Positions 63,476 through 64,000 of a stretch of 64,000 nucleotides of DNA are shown piece by piece. This DNA is from an uncultured Gemmatimonadales bacterium. GTDB taxonomy: Bacteria > Gemmatimonadota > Gemmatimonadetes > Longimicrobiales > Gaopeijiaceae. The position numbers and the translations under genes are program-made. Each line of letters opens with the position of its first letter. Position 1 is the first letter of the stretch. The stretch covers positions 1,920,001-1,984,000 of the forward strand of contig CAWELD010000003.1 in assembly GCA_963809895.1 (NCBI GenBank), read 5' to 3'. The notes beneath the pieces are model-generated. The model searched no databases. It saw nothing but the letters and a program-made list of their open reading frames with translations, and was not told the origin of the DNA.

Positions 63476-64000
63476 TCAGCGTCCATCCAGCGAGAAGGTG
63501 ACGATGGAGTTGCCGGCCGCGATGGTGACGAGTTGCCGGTCGTCGAGCATGTACGTGATGGGCGCCGCGCGGATGAAGCCCCCCAGATTGCGGCCCCACA
63601 ACACCGTTCCCGACGCGGCATCCAGGGCGTAGAACCGGTTGTCGCCTCCCCCGAAGACCAGGCCTCCCGCGGTGGACAGCACCCCGTTGAAGCGATAGCG
63701 GCCGCCGCCCGGCCGGGCCGGGGCCGTGAACTCCCAGCGGCGCTCCCCGGTGAGGGCATCGAGGGCCCGCACTCCGGTCGTGGACGGGAGGTCGGTCGGG
63801 TCGTGGCCGTTGGAACCGACGAAGAGCTCGCCGGCCCGTGGGGCCTCCGCGTCGCGCTTGACGAACACCCCTCCGCGTTCGAGGAACGGCACGAAGAACA
63901 GGCCGCGCACGGGATCGAGGGCCGGGGACATCCAGTTGGTGGCGCCACCGTCGCCGGGGTAGACCAGGGTACCCCGCGGACTCGGACGGCTCTCCGGCCG
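63476..64000 (-). CDS. PQQ-dependent dehydrogenase, 3' end; close paralog of 51072-52995 (runs off window end)
   Basis: GATNWMSPALDP...TAGGLVFGG...IAAGNSIVTFSLDGR*, almost the same protein as the 51-kb copy, with many synonymous changes. Confidence 0.92.
   Translation of the reverse strand, partial: RPESRPSPRGTLVYPGDGGATNWMSPALDPVRGLFFVPFLERGGVFVKRDAEAPRAGELFVGSNGHDPTDLPSTTGVRALDALTGERRWEFTAPARPGGGRYRFNGVLSTAGGLVFGGGDNRFYALDAASGTVLWGRNLGGFIRAAPITYMLDDRQLVTIAAGNSIVTFSLDGR

Overview
This is a very GC-rich bacterial chromosome window. Gene content (PadR/ADOP-type permease pairs, BlaI/M56-plug pair, fused E1 alpha/beta) suggests Gemmatimonadota, which is inference only. Bases 1-49.5 kb are mostly housekeeping: an ABC pair, a SAM-II-like riboswitch ahead of metH/Hcy-MT-MTHFR/MTHFR-like genes, a long minus-strand run (ccdA, cardiolipin synthase-like PLD, speB, pdaD, fur, DHH phosphoesterase, gdhA, CoaE-PHP fusion, DedA), YyaL, 2-oxoacid dehydrogenase E1, ndh, moeB, DUF2723, and a persulfide dioxygenase divergent from a Tat-less Mo-oxidoreductase complex. 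From about 49.56 kb to the end is a mosaic accessory region. It holds exported toxin/protease-like genes each followed by a small partner gene, a duplicated cytochrome-c/PQQ dehydrogenase, an ISL3 and an IS1380 with intact target-site duplications, and duplicated gene-fragment scars. The most unusual signal is a dispersed 174-176 bp tripartite repeat (three GCCGTC-N6-GCA-N23/24-TGC-N6-GACGGC arms joined by 7-bp AT-rich linkers; 6 full copies and 1 partial). Its geometry is conserved although its sequence diverges, and three copies sit at module junctions of the accessory region. Many genes carry frameshifts or premature stops, some probably assembly errors. All product calls come from motifs recognised by eye; no database search was run.
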